From Candidatus Obscuribacteraceae bacterium (GTDB lineage: Bacteria > Cyanobacteriota > Vampirovibrionia > Obscuribacterales > Obscuribacteraceae), in assembly GCA_044229845.1 (NCBI GenBank), contig JBGASG010000001.1, positions 864,001 through 928,000 of the forward strand: a stretch of 64,000 bases of DNA, written 5' to 3'. This document shows positions 9,916 through 19,539 of the stretch, piece by piece (position 1 is the first letter of the stretch; every line of letters begins with the position of its first letter). Under the pieces are notes generated by a model, which was not told the DNA's origin, ran no database searches, and was given only the letters and a program-made list of their open reading frames with translations. A program made the position numbers and the translations under genes.

Positions 9916-10560
9916 TTAGTCGTCCCGTGGCATTGTGGTGCCGAACGCGCCATCTTTCTGGACGAAGTACACAGTATCGTAATTAGTGCGATTCATCTCA
10001 GACCGCATCTGCGATTCGGTGACTTCGTGTACCCAGAGCTCCAACAGCTTGTATCTGGAACCGTCTGCCTCGAGCGCCTTATAGCTCATATCTTCATACA
10101 AAACTTCAGTTGCGCGTCGCACCAGACCGTCGACACCGGGACCGTGATAAGTACCGGGAGCCTTCACCCAAAATTTCCACTCGCGAGAAGGCGCCGCAAA
10201 GCCCGACGGGAAGATCAAAGTGTCTTGGCAAGTCACTTCCAGAATCAACGTGTATTTGTAGTCGCCAGTCACCTGCAGCACGATCAATCGCGCGAAGTTC
10301 ATAGCCGAAAACGGCATTTGCGCATCGTCCGGTTCAATATGCGCTTCGATGCCTTCGGTCAACCAATGCTCGTAGAGTTCGGTGGCGGAGTATGTGTAGC
10401 CCGATGCTCGATGCAAGTCGAACAGATTGTTCATCACTGTTTCCGCAGCCGCTGTCAGTGCATCGTTGTGCACCGCGAACTCACCGATGGCGGTGCGCCC
10501 GTCAGCGTCACCGACTGAGCGCAGATTTGAGTAGACATTGATGACATCCGTTTGCAACAT
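9916..10560 (-). CDS. Hypothetical protein
   Basis: 214-aa ORF with protein-like composition; no motif recognised. Confidence 0.65.
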   Translation of the reverse strand: MLQTDVINVYSNLRSVGDADGRTAIGEFAVHNDALTAAAETVMNNLFDLHRASGYTYSATELYEHWLTEGIEAHIEPDDAQMPFSAMNFARLIVLQVTGDYKYTLILEVTCQDTLIFPSGFAAPSREWKFWVKAPGTYHGPGVDGLVRRATEVLYEDMSYKALEADGSRYKLLELWVHEVTESQMRSEMNRTNYDTVYFVQKDGAFGTTMPRDD

Positions 10561-10669
10561 GCTCTTTCCGCCGGGAATGACCCGACAACGTTACCGCAAA
10601 ACAGATGTAATGGGCTAGCCGTGCTCAGAACCTGCGGCGCGCGTGCCGAACTCTGTGCTCTTTTCGTGC

Positions 10670-10975
10670 CTAAGCGGCTTTCTTCTTGGACGAAGTCTTT
10701 TTCTTGGTTTTGCCGCCGGCTTGTGTTCCGCGGCGCTTTCTTGTTGCTGCTGCTTTTTTCGCGGCTTCGCTGCGTGATGCTTTCTTGGCGGATTCGGATT
10801 TTTTGGTACCAGAGCCGCCTTTCTTCTCGCCGCCACCTGATTCTTTATTGACGGTTGCCCAGCCACGCGACTTAGCTTCCTTTTCGCTTACGCCTTTCTC
10901 TTCATAGCTCTCGGCAATATGCTCAGCTTGACGCTTTTGTTTGGCGGTGTATTTTTCTTTGCTGCCTCTAGGCAT
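10670..10975 (-). CDS. Small basic protein of the family often annotated plasmid stabilization protein
   Basis: MPRGSKEKYTAKQKRQAEHI...RGWATVNKESGGG signature, Lys-rich tail, AAGGAG RBS. Confidence 0.8.
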   Translation of the reverse strand: MPRGSKEKYTAKQKRQAEHIAESYEEKGVSEKEAKSRGWATVNKESGGGEKKGGSGTKKSESAKKASRSEAAKKAAATRKRRGTQAGGKTKKKTSSKKKAA

Positions 10976-11171
10976 TGTTGAGCTCCTTCTCCTACTATGA
11001 CTTTCAACGGCGACGACGAGCCGCTCGCTTCGTTCCACGGTCGAAATTCATCGCGTGCAGGATGCTCATCCGGACCTGCGATTTTGGGTATTGAACAAAA
11101 CTGCTCGTTTCACCACTCCGAGATGAGCAGTTTTGTTCAATCAGATTCGCAGCAGCAGCGCACACCGAAAT

Positions 11172-12197
11172 CTAATCGAGCTGGAGACACTGCATCAGTT
11201 CGAGCAGGTCCTTATCCATCTGGAAGATCTCAGATTTGATGTCGAGCAGCATGTCTGCCTGGTCGTTGAAAGTGTCGATATTGACCGTGCCGTTATGCCT
11301 GGTGTTAGACAGAATGCCTATGCGTTTCTGCGCTTCCGGTCCTTTCAAGTTGACTGGGATGACTTTGAATCGCTGCCACCGTTCAATCAAAAGTTGCAAT
11401 CTGGTTTTGGTTTCTCCAACCGGAGCGCGGTTGAGATAATTCCAGACCACTGCTGTATAGGTGGATTCTCTGTCTGCCTGGAAGTTGAAAATCTCGGTCA
11501 GCATGTTGGGTTTGATGCTGACGCGCTGCTTGGCACCCGTTTGCTGACGCAACGCCCAGGCACCTAAGCCGATAGTGGCAGCTCCCGCCACCAGTCCGAT
11601 CACCTCGCCGGGCACTTCATTTCTGAAAAGGCTGCCAGCCTGCGCAACCTCTCCCATGGCACCACTTGCTGCCACGTTCTCCATCGAGTTGAGTTTGATC
11701 GCTCGATCGCGTTTATCTTCGAGCACGCCACGCATACGATTGATCATTGCCAGTTCGCGTTCGATACGAGCGGTGGCATCGCGAACTTGCAACGCTGCGA
11801 CGAACAATTTGGAATGCAGTCGTTGTTTGAGTTTGAGCAATTCGATCTCGTCGCGAAGATCGAGTGAAGATCGAGCCTGATATGCAGCAATTTGCTCGAG
11901 CAAAGGCATCAAATCTAGTTGCTGAGCGATATCACGAGCAGTGGGTGTCAGATTGAGCCCCCGATTTTGTGTGCTCGGTGCCGGAGAAGCCACTGGCGCA
12001 CCGGACGCGGCAGCCCCCGACTGCGCGGGTTGTCCAGGCTGCACCGCGGCCAATGCACGGCGTACGGGGGGTGGTGGTGCCACCGTGCTTGATTGTGCGG
12101 AAGCGACCGAAATTGTTTGCGTCATGCACATCGCCAATGCAATGACGGCGGATGCGACTCGACGACTGATGTTACACGTCGCGTCCAGGGTCGTCAT
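11172..12197 (-). CDS. Secreted hypothetical coiled-coil protein
   Basis: Signal-like N-terminus, helical body with a hydrophobic hairpin; start uncertain. Confidence 0.7.
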   Translation of the reverse strand: MTTLDATCNISRRVASAVIALAMCMTQTISVASAQSSTVAPPPPVRRALAAVQPGQPAQSGAAASGAPVASPAPSTQNRGLNLTPTARDIAQQLDLMPLLEQIAAYQARSSLDLRDEIELLKLKQRLHSKLFVAALQVRDATARIERELAMINRMRGVLEDKRDRAIKLNSMENVAASGAMGEVAQAGSLFRNEVPGEVIGLVAGAATIGLGAWALRQQTGAKQRVSIKPNMLTEIFNFQADRESTYTAVVWNYLNRAPVGETKTRLQLLIERWQRFKVIPVNLKGPEAQKRIGILSNTRHNGTVNIDTFNDQADMLLDIKSEIFQMDKDLLELMQCLQLD

Positions 12198-12317
12198 GGG
12201 GAGCAGTCTCCGTCGGTGGCGGCTACATTGTCCCATACGCTTTTATTGGAACTCACACCGCCTCATTGCCGTCTCGGCATTCATTGTTGTCAAGCCGGGG
12301 TGAGCTGCGTCGTGAAA

Positions 12318-13331
12318 ATGTGTTCGTTCCTCACCCTGTTTATCGGCGCTGTCATTGCAGTTAAATCCCCAGCCGGCAACCCGTGCCCGACTCTCAATTC
12401 GGTGGCGGTTCCTTCAAGCTCAGCCGTAGCGATGGAGGCGGTGCCGCCGGTGGCTGTGCCGGCGATTGAGCCGATGCCTGAAAATGAGTATGAGCGCGAG
12501 TACTTGAAGGTCTGGGAATTCGTGCAGCGCAACTACATTTTTTCCGACAAGATGGCTTCCTGGCGCGAGTGGCGAGATCGCTATCGCGGACGCCTGCAGA
12601 ATGAGGAGCAAACGCGCGCTGCTGTAGAACTTATGCTTGCGTCACTGCACGACGACTTCACTTACTTAAAGAAACTGCCGGTACCACCACCGGAGGCTGC
12701 AGGCGCTATAGTGCAGTGGAAGAAACTGAGTGGCAACGTCGGCTACATTCGCATCAGGGCTTTCAACAATGATGCGGTGGAAGCGCGCACGTTGCAGGCG
12801 CTTACGGAGCTCAGAAACAGTAAGGGATACATTCTCGATCTGCGCGGCAACAAGGGCGGTTATATATCACTGACATCGCGGGTGTATTCCATGTTTGTGG
12901 ATCGGGCGCCGTTTCTGCGCATGGTGGAGAGAAACGGCACGGCCGAGAAAGTCGAAGAACTTGTCGTCGACGCGGATTCTATTAAGTCTGGCTTCGAGAG
13001 TCACTGGGATTTGCAGCCCCGTCACAAAAATCTGACTGCGCGCAAGCCGGTGGTAATTCTCGTTGATCGTAAAACCAGATCGTCAGGTGAGATGTTGGCT
13101 GGTGCTTTGCGCGACACGCGTGGTGCGGTGCTCATAGGTGAACGCACGTTCGGCAAGGGCGTGGCACAGGATGTTGTCGAACTGCCCGGAGCGGTGGCGA
13201 AAGTGGTGACCGCCCGTGTGTTTCTGCCCAGCAATGAATGCATGCACGGCAGCGGATTGACGCCGTCTCACTGTCTTGACTGTGAAGCGCAACCCGACAG
13301 CTGGCTCCAGGCTGCTGCGGAACTCATCTAG
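12318..13331 (+). CDS. S41 (CtpA-like) peptidase lacking the PDZ domain
   Basis: GYIRI..F, ILDLRGNKGG, TRSSGE (Ser), TFGKG (Lys), GLTP. Confidence 0.85.
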   Translation: MCSFLTLFIGAVIAVKSPAGNPCPTLNSVAVPSSSAVAMEAVPPVAVPAIEPMPENEYEREYLKVWEFVQRNYIFSDKMASWREWRDRYRGRLQNEEQTRAAVELMLASLHDDFTYLKKLPVPPPEAAGAIVQWKKLSGNVGYIRIRAFNNDAVEARTLQALTELRNSKGYILDLRGNKGGYISLTSRVYSMFVDRAPFLRMVERNGTAEKVEELVVDADSIKSGFESHWDLQPRHKNLTARKPVVILVDRKTRSSGEMLAGALRDTRGAVLIGERTFGKGVAQDVVELPGAVAKVVTARVFLPSNECMHGSGLTPSHCLDCEAQPDSWLQAAAELI

Positions 13332-14574
13332 CTTGAGATTGTGCAGCTCTGATCATCTGCGCACGCGCTTCCAATTTTGCTGCCTCTTGCGGGCGATTAG
13401 TTTTGCGCAACAGTTTTGCGTAGCTTTCCAGATCGGCGATCAGTCCCGGTTGGTTAGGACCATGACTTTCGTCGATCTCCAGTCCCCGCTTGTACAGCGG
13501 TTCCGCAGCCGCATAATTTCCCTGACCGTAATAGAGGTCGGCGAGATTTTCGAGAGTGGTGGCAACGTGTGGATGGTTGGCACCGAGTGTCTTTTCCTCG
13601 ATGGCTAACGCCTGTTTGTACAAACGCTCGGCATCGCCCAATTGCTTGCCTTGTGCTTGATACATGAGAGCCAGGTTCTGCAAATTGATGGCAACGCGCG
13701 GATGATCGGGACCGAGCTTGCGCTCGTTTATGGCGAGAGCGCGCTGATAAAGAGGTTCTGCTTGCGCAAACATCCTCTGGTCACGATTCAGTTCAGCCAG
13801 GTTGTTGAGTACGGTGGCAACCTCTAGATGATCCGGACCGAGAACTTTCTCGTTGATGGAAAGCGCCTTCTCATAGAAGGTCTTCGCTTGCGCGTATTTT
13901 CGCTGCTGATGAAACAGTTCTCCCAGGTTATTCAGCCCCGTGGAAACGGTTATGTGATTGATACCAAAACACTGCTCATGAATTTTCAGGGCACGCCAAT
14001 AAAACTTCTCTGCATCGGCATAGCGACCTTCCTCTTTGTATAGCGCGGCCAGATTGTTGAGCACAGCTCCCACATTTGGATGATTCGGTCCATAAGCTCG
14101 CTCATCGACCGTTAGAGCCCCCTCATAGAGAGGCTCCGCTTGTTCGTATTTGCCCTGCCTGAAGTAGAGCCCCGCCAGATTATTGAGCACCGGCGCTACT
14201 CGTGGATCAAGCTGTCCGTACGCCTTTTGCTGGATTTTATATACTTGTTTGTATAACGTTTCGGCGTCGGCATAGTGTCCTTGCGCGGTCGCCAGCGCTG
14301 CCAGATTGTTGAGGCTTTTCTGATAAGGCTCGCTGGTCGGCCCGGATTTTTCCGCTTCGCTCATAGCCGCCGTCAACAGTTTGGTGGCATCGGCATAATT
14401 GGCATTGCTCAATGCGTTCATGCCGGCGTTCGTATATTGCGTCCATGCTGCGCTTTGTGCGCGTGCTGCCGGCACCACATTCCATCCCTGGACCACATGC
14501 GCACTCGGCACCACATTCGCCATCGCCACCAATGTAACGATCGCGAGCAGATAACTTCTTTTATCCTGGTGCAT
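13324..14574 (-). CDS. Secreted TPR protein (kinesin-light-chain-type 42-aa repeats)
   Basis: Repeated LNNLA.LY..QG.Y..AEPLY.RAL.I.E..LGP.HP.VA. Confidence 0.9.
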   Translation of the reverse strand: MHQDKRSYLLAIVTLVAMANVVPSAHVVQGWNVVPAARAQSAAWTQYTNAGMNALSNANYADATKLLTAAMSEAEKSGPTSEPYQKSLNNLAALATAQGHYADAETLYKQVYKIQQKAYGQLDPRVAPVLNNLAGLYFRQGKYEQAEPLYEGALTVDERAYGPNHPNVGAVLNNLAALYKEEGRYADAEKFYWRALKIHEQCFGINHITVSTGLNNLGELFHQQRKYAQAKTFYEKALSINEKVLGPDHLEVATVLNNLAELNRDQRMFAQAEPLYQRALAINERKLGPDHPRVAINLQNLALMYQAQGKQLGDAERLYKQALAIEEKTLGANHPHVATTLENLADLYYGQGNYAAAEPLYKRGLEIDESHGPNQPGLIADLESYAKLLRKTNRPQEAAKLEARAQMIRAAQSQAR

Positions 14575-14680
14575 TCGATGCAGCCTGTCCGGGTTTAGGA
14601 ATGTCCGTATGCACAAGTGTACACGCTCAAACGGGCACTTCCAAGGTACAATTACCTGGACTGAGTGAGGCAACATCCCC

Positions 14681-15577
14681 GTGTTCCTGGCTGTACTCGC
14701 GCTCCTGCTATCGATCATCTCGCTCTGCGTGGGCTCCACGTACGCGAAGATGCTTTTCGCGCAACTGGGTCCGGAAGGAGCCACAGTCATGCGGGTCGGG
14801 TTTGCCGCGCTCATGTTGCTGGCTGTCTGGCGTCCGTGGCGGTTGTCGCTGTCGCGCCGGCAGGCGGGATTGATTGTGCTCTACGGGCTGATTCTCGGTG
14901 CCATGAACCTGTTGTTCTACAAAGGCATCGAGACGATACCTATCGGAGTGGCCATCGCCATCGAGTTTATCGGTCCACTCGCGCTAGCTGTGTGCACGTC
15001 GAGGCGCGCGCTGGACTTTGTGTGGATTGCCTTCGCGGCTGTCGGCATGTTTTTGCTTTCTCCATTTGCCACCGGCGGTGTCAGCAGTCTGGATCCGGTC
15101 GGCGTCACATACATATTGGTAGCTGCAGTACTCTGGGCGCTCTACATCGTGATCGGCAAAGAAGTCGGCCGTGGGCACTCCGGACAGGTCACTTCGCTGG
15201 GAATGACAGCCGCCGGTTTGGTGGTGCTGCCATTTGGTATCACGCATCTCTCGGGCGCGATTGCAGAACCGTCGCTGCTCCTTGCCGGTGTTGTGGTGGC
15301 TGTGATGTCCAGCGCCATTCCTTTTACGCTGGAGTTGTACGCGCTCAAGAGAATGCCGAAACAGACATTCGGCATCTTGCTCAGCATGGAACCAGTTGCC
15401 GGTGCTCTCACCGGATTGTTCATGCTCAATGAGGTGTTGACGCCGTTGCAGTGGTTAGCGATTACGGCAATCATAACTGCGTCCGTCGGATGCACAGTTG
15501 GCCTTCGTAAGCAGGAAGACGTGCCGCTCAGCGATGCCGATGGCATTGCCCTGACGCAGCTCGACCCCGCAGACTAA
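14681..15577 (+). CDS. rhtA: EamA/DMT transporter, RhtA-like
   Basis: MNLLFY, IPIGVAIAIEFIGPL, SSAIPFTLE, FGILLSMEP; about 10 TM helices. Confidence 0.8.
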   Translation: MFLAVLALLLSIISLCVGSTYAKMLFAQLGPEGATVMRVGFAALMLLAVWRPWRLSLSRRQAGLIVLYGLILGAMNLLFYKGIETIPIGVAIAIEFIGPLALAVCTSRRALDFVWIAFAAVGMFLLSPFATGGVSSLDPVGVTYILVAAVLWALYIVIGKEVGRGHSGQVTSLGMTAAGLVVLPFGITHLSGAIAEPSLLLAGVVVAVMSSAIPFTLELYALKRMPKQTFGILLSMEPVAGALTGLFMLNEVLTPLQWLAITAIITASVGCTVGLRKQEDVPLSDADGIALTQLDPAD

Positions 15578-16305
15578 TCGATTGCGTTGACGAGAAATAT
15601 CATCTCTTCCGATGCAGCGCTGTCGAAGGCGTGGCTGCTCCAGTCACCGAAGATATCGTTCGCTTTGAGACCGCATGCGGCGAGCAGCCGTTCAATTGTT
15701 TCTTTTGATGAGAAACGCAGCGTGCTTTCAGAAACGAGAACTTGCCCGTCGGGAAACTGATACCGCAGGTCGAACTGCATAATGCCGTCCGTCATGCTGA
15801 TCAAGTGTCTCGATTCTCGTACGATACCAACGGAGGTGGCAAGTTTCATCTCGTAGTTCCAACGTGATGACCATTCGATGTCGGGGTTGCGTGACTCGAA
15901 AACGAGCATGCCACCATCACGCAAATGGTGTTTCATCGCAGTAAAAGCGGCGAGAATATCTTGCTCGGTGAGCAGCACTTGGAACGCATGACCAGTCATG
16001 ATGATCAGGTCGAATCGTTTGTCGGACTGAAATGTCTGCGCGGCGGATTGCACCCAATCGATGCTCGCACCATAAGGTTTGCGCCGGGCTACATCGAGCA
16101 TCGCCGGGGACGGATCCGCTCCGGTCACGTGGTGTCCCTTTTCTGCGTAGGCGTTGCATAACAGACCGGTTCCGCAGCCCATGTCGAGAATGTGCTGCCC
16201 TGCCGTTGTCGGTAGAGCCAGGTAAAAATCGCGGTCTTCCGACCATCCGCTATCGAGGTCGTAAATCTGCGCGAGCCGCGGATCTTCATAATGCGCATCA
16301 GGCAT
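15574..16305 (-). CDS. Class I SAM-dependent methyltransferase
   Basis: ILDMGCGTG, GADPS..ML, FDLIIMTGHAFQ, FESRNP. Confidence 0.9.
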   Translation of the reverse strand: MPDAHYEDPRLAQIYDLDSGWSEDRDFYLALPTTAGQHILDMGCGTGLLCNAYAEKGHHVTGADPSPAMLDVARRKPYGASIDWVQSAAQTFQSDKRFDLIIMTGHAFQVLLTEQDILAAFTAMKHHLRDGGMLVFESRNPDIEWSSRWNYEMKLATSVGIVRESRHLISMTDGIMQFDLRYQFPDGQVLVSESTLRFSSKETIERLLAACGLKANDIFGDWSSHAFDSAASEEMIFLVNAID

Positions 16306-16421
16306 TCCAGCGACTCCGTTGCAATCCTTAATCGAACACCCTGTCCTCGCCACCGAGAACTCGAGCCCGATGCTAGCATGGGACTGGGGAAGAAACAATT
16401 ACAAGCATCGAGGCGGGCGCT

Positions 16422-17057
16422 ATGGATGATCCGGTCCCGGCTGTGTGCAGCAAGAAAACCTACGTATGGGCGATTCTGGCGGCATTGTGCATCAGTGTTT
16501 GCCTGCTTTCGCTCCGAATACACATGAACTGGGACGGGACGGCATGGCAGCTTCCCACTCCTGTGGTTACTTCAGACGATGTTCGATGGCGGGAAGCAAA
16601 TCAGCTTTATGATTCCGCGTTATTGCTGCGCATAGCTCACGTAGTCTTCGATCCCAATTCCACCTTTTTGCTTATGCCCTTCGTGCTCTGTCTCATGGTT
16701 GCTCATGCCGCGGTGATTAATCCAACGCGCTCGCTCTGGCGTTTCGTGATGAGCTTTCTGCGCCACTATGCAATCGTTTTTTTTGGCATGTTCATGTTAA
16801 TCGCACTGTTGGGGCGCAGCGTTCAGAGCATAGATGCTGGATTGATGTCACTGACCGTCTTTTCGTTCGTTTCGATCATGCCTCTTTGTGTGGTGCTGGC
16901 GGCTTTTGCTCCATTCGAGTGGACGGCCGAGCGCAGGAAATCCGATGATGACGAGACAAAGCCGGAGTTCAAACTCGAGATTAGACCCGCGAGCAAGGCT
17001 CAAGAAGGGCAGTACATCAAAGTGCGCATCAGAGAAAAGGCGGAAATTACCGGCTGA
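16422..17057 (+). CDS. Hypothetical membrane protein
   Basis: Four hydrophobic segments. Confidence 0.6.
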   Translation: MDDPVPAVCSKKTYVWAILAALCISVCLLSLRIHMNWDGTAWQLPTPVVTSDDVRWREANQLYDSALLLRIAHVVFDPNSTFLLMPFVLCLMVAHAAVINPTRSLWRFVMSFLRHYAIVFFGMFMLIALLGRSVQSIDAGLMSLTVFSFVSIMPLCVVLAAFAPFEWTAERRKSDDDETKPEFKLEIRPASKAQEGQYIKVRIREKAEITG

Positions 17058-17114
17058 TTTCGAAATACAATTTGCCGCAAAGGACGCGCGAGGGGGCTCA
17101 CATCAGCCGCTTAG

Positions 17115-17257
17115 AAAAATGTTGATCTATATGATAACAGCGAGAGTCGACGCTTTCGACAGAGGCTGTAGGCGAAAGCCAATAGGGATGGGCTTTCTCG
17201 GTCGCTGCCAGACACTCTTGAGCCGGGTGAGCCTATTATCGTATAGATCAACAATTT
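17115..17257. other. Inverted-repeat-bounded element (ncRNA or MITE candidate)
   Basis: 17-bp IR GTTGATCTATATGATAA (17121-17137)/TTATCGTATAGATCAAC (17236-17252), with internal hairpins. Confidence 0.55.
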
Positions 17258-17350
17258 CCCAGGCGCTATTGGAGACACTCACGTTCCGTTACGCAGGGAT
17301 ATTTTCCCAAGTTATGTTGCAATCAAAGGCGGTGCGGTGCGTCACTTAAC

Positions 17351-18556
17351 CTAGTCGGTGGAGGCGCTCGGTTCTGTGCCCGACGTCGGGGATTGCGGCG
17401 AGTTAGGAGCACTGGGTGCACCGGACGAACTGGATGCGGTTATGCGCTTGCTCCAGTTTTTCGCGTAGTCGATCGTGTTTTTCGACATGCGAATCGGCGA
17501 GTAATGTTCGATGCTGGTTTTCAGCCAGGATGAGGCAACCGGCTTAGCGCTCTCAGCCTCGGTGGCACCGGCAACCAGCGCGTTGTCCTCGGCCGTCACC
17601 TTGGGAGCAGTAGCCAGCCAATCATCGACGATGCCGACGACTCCCATGTCGACGTCTTGCGACTCGAGCATTAAGTGTCCCTTGTTGGGCAATTCGTGGA
17701 TGCTGACATTATCGCTGCCGATACGCTTCGCCCATTTATTGATGGCTGAGGTCTTGAACACGGCATCCTCATCGCCCGCGACAATCATGATTGGTCTGTC
17801 GGAAGGAATGTTCTTCACCTTTTGAATCGATTCTTTATTCGTCAGCGCGACTTTGATCAATTCGATGGGCGAGAGTTCCTTGCAGATCAGCGGGTCCTTC
17901 AAACAAGTTTGAGTCACTTGTCTGTCGTTCGAGAGGTAGGGAGTGATGTACGGCTCCAGGTTCATCGGCTTCTTCGGATGTCTTAGTCCGTGGAAGAAAT
18001 CTACCACCATGCGCGGTTGCGGATGGATGCGAGTCTTGACGCCGGGCGCGAAAACAACGGCTCCGTCGAAGAGCTGTCCGCCTTCTTCCGACATAGACCA
18101 GAGGGCATAGTTGGCACCCAGGCTCTCGCCCAAAACAATCATTCGCGAGTCGGGATTCTCTGCTCGCAGTTTCTTCGCCAGGCGAGTCAGGTCGTCTTTG
18201 CTCTGCGTGAAGTGCACTTGATCGTCGCCGCCGAATTTCGCGTAATCGGTCTTCCAGCGCCCGAAGCCACGCAGATCGCAAGCGTAGAATTTGAACCCTT
18301 CTGAAGCAAGGTGTCTCGCCAGTTTGTCGTAAGCATCGGCATAAAACGTCAGTCCATGAATGGCGACGATGATTCCTCTTTGCGGAACGCTGGTGTCAAC
18401 CCATTCATAGACCGGCAGATTCAGTTCTTCGCCGACTTTGCTGTCGACGTAGCAGACCGGTTCTGCCGAGGCGCCGGTCGTCGAAATCGAGACCGTGGCG
18501 CTAAGCGCCGAGAATATTGCCAATGCCATGACGGCGCTATTGAAGAGCTTACGCAT
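17351..18556 (-). CDS. Secreted alpha/beta hydrolase (lysophospholipase-like)
   Basis: IHG, DLRGFG, GESLG nucleophile elbow, GDED, GH; signal peptide. Confidence 0.88.
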   Translation of the reverse strand: MRKLFNSAVMALAIFSALSATVSISTTGASAEPVCYVDSKVGEELNLPVYEWVDTSVPQRGIIVAIHGLTFYADAYDKLARHLASEGFKFYACDLRGFGRWKTDYAKFGGDDQVHFTQSKDDLTRLAKKLRAENPDSRMIVLGESLGANYALWSMSEEGGQLFDGAVVFAPGVKTRIHPQPRMVVDFFHGLRHPKKPMNLEPYITPYLSNDRQVTQTCLKDPLICKELSPIELIKVALTNKESIQKVKNIPSDRPIMIVAGDEDAVFKTSAINKWAKRIGSDNVSIHELPNKGHLMLESQDVDMGVVGIVDDWLATAPKVTAEDNALVAGATEAESAKPVASSWLKTSIEHYSPIRMSKNTIDYAKNWSKRITASSSSGAPSAPNSPQSPTSGTEPSASTD

Positions 18557-18690
18557 TTTGTCTTTTAGCGGAGAAGGGGTACTTGTCGAGCATAACCCTT
18601 GTTATACCCACCGTCAATCGCTCCCAGGGTCTGCAGGGTGCATTGTTGCGTTATTGCAGCCACTTGGCTAGCGGCGGGATTCGAGGTTCG

Positions 18691-19515
18691 TCAGCTATCT
18701 TGTGACAACCGGCGGAAGACACGACGAGCCTTTTCCGCATCTTCCTTATCTTCTGGACGCATCAGCGTTTCCAGCACTTGCAAAACATTGGTTCTGATAT
18801 CGGCAGCAGGTGCGCGTTGAAATGCTGTCTCCAGAAGTAAGAGCGCTCGGTCCATGCTGAACTTGCGTGCCTGCAGCGCCAGTTCGAATAAAACGTCTGC
18901 GTCGGCATGATGCGCGTAGCGGTCGCACCACATATCGAGCCGCTCTGGGTAGTGTTCGCACAGATACCTGATCGCGACCATTGCCTTGTTGTTCGAGTAG
19001 TCGGCAGCGTTGCGTTCGAGAATGTCGCAAGCCAGATCGCGCACGGCATCTTGGCGCTCCAGCCGATATAGCGTGCCGATGTTGTCTTCATCGATCAATT
19101 GCTGGCGCTCGGACAGCGAGATGGAAGCAACGTGCCGCAGAACATCCGCAAATCTGCACGCGTCGGCGGCTCCCAGTTGCAATTCGCTCTTCAAACGCAA
19201 TTTGATAGCCAGTCTTGACTCGATCCAGACTTCCATCTTGTCGTGCGCGAAGTAGTATCCATTTTTGTCTTTTTCCCACTCATCGCGTGTTGGCCGTTTC
19301 TCCAGCCCACCGGGGACCAGGACTTTACTCAGGTCGGTCAGGGCGTCGGCAAGCTGTATTGCTTCCTCTGGCGCCAGGTCATGGACTTCATCGGCGTTGT
19401 CATCAGAAGCTGAAAACACTTCGTCGGCCAGCCGCAAACAAATAGTCGAATGCGCGACCCACGCATCGATCTTGTTTCCGATGCAGACGGTGGCTTTGTC
19501 TTGCTGGCGACTCAT
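18691..19515 (-). CDS. Hypothetical protein (HEAT-like C-terminus)
   Basis: 274-aa ORF co-oriented with upstream protease. Confidence 0.6.
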   Translation of the reverse strand: MSRQQDKATVCIGNKIDAWVAHSTICLRLADEVFSASDDNADEVHDLAPEEAIQLADALTDLSKVLVPGGLEKRPTRDEWEKDKNGYYFAHDKMEVWIESRLAIKLRLKSELQLGAADACRFADVLRHVASISLSERQQLIDEDNIGTLYRLERQDAVRDLACDILERNAADYSNNKAMVAIRYLCEHYPERLDMWCDRYAHHADADVLFELALQARKFSMDRALLLLETAFQRAPAADIRTNVLQVLETLMRPEDKEDAEKARRVFRRLSQDS

Positions 19516-19539
19516 GCCTTGAGCCTATCAGATTTTGAA

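Noticed and set aside
13400..14350. Nucleotide periodicity of ~126 bp
   Set aside because: Explained by coding 42-aa TPR repeats
17296..17323. dif/XerD-like half-site TTATGTTGCAA
   Set aside because: No matching XerC arm at 6-bp spacing
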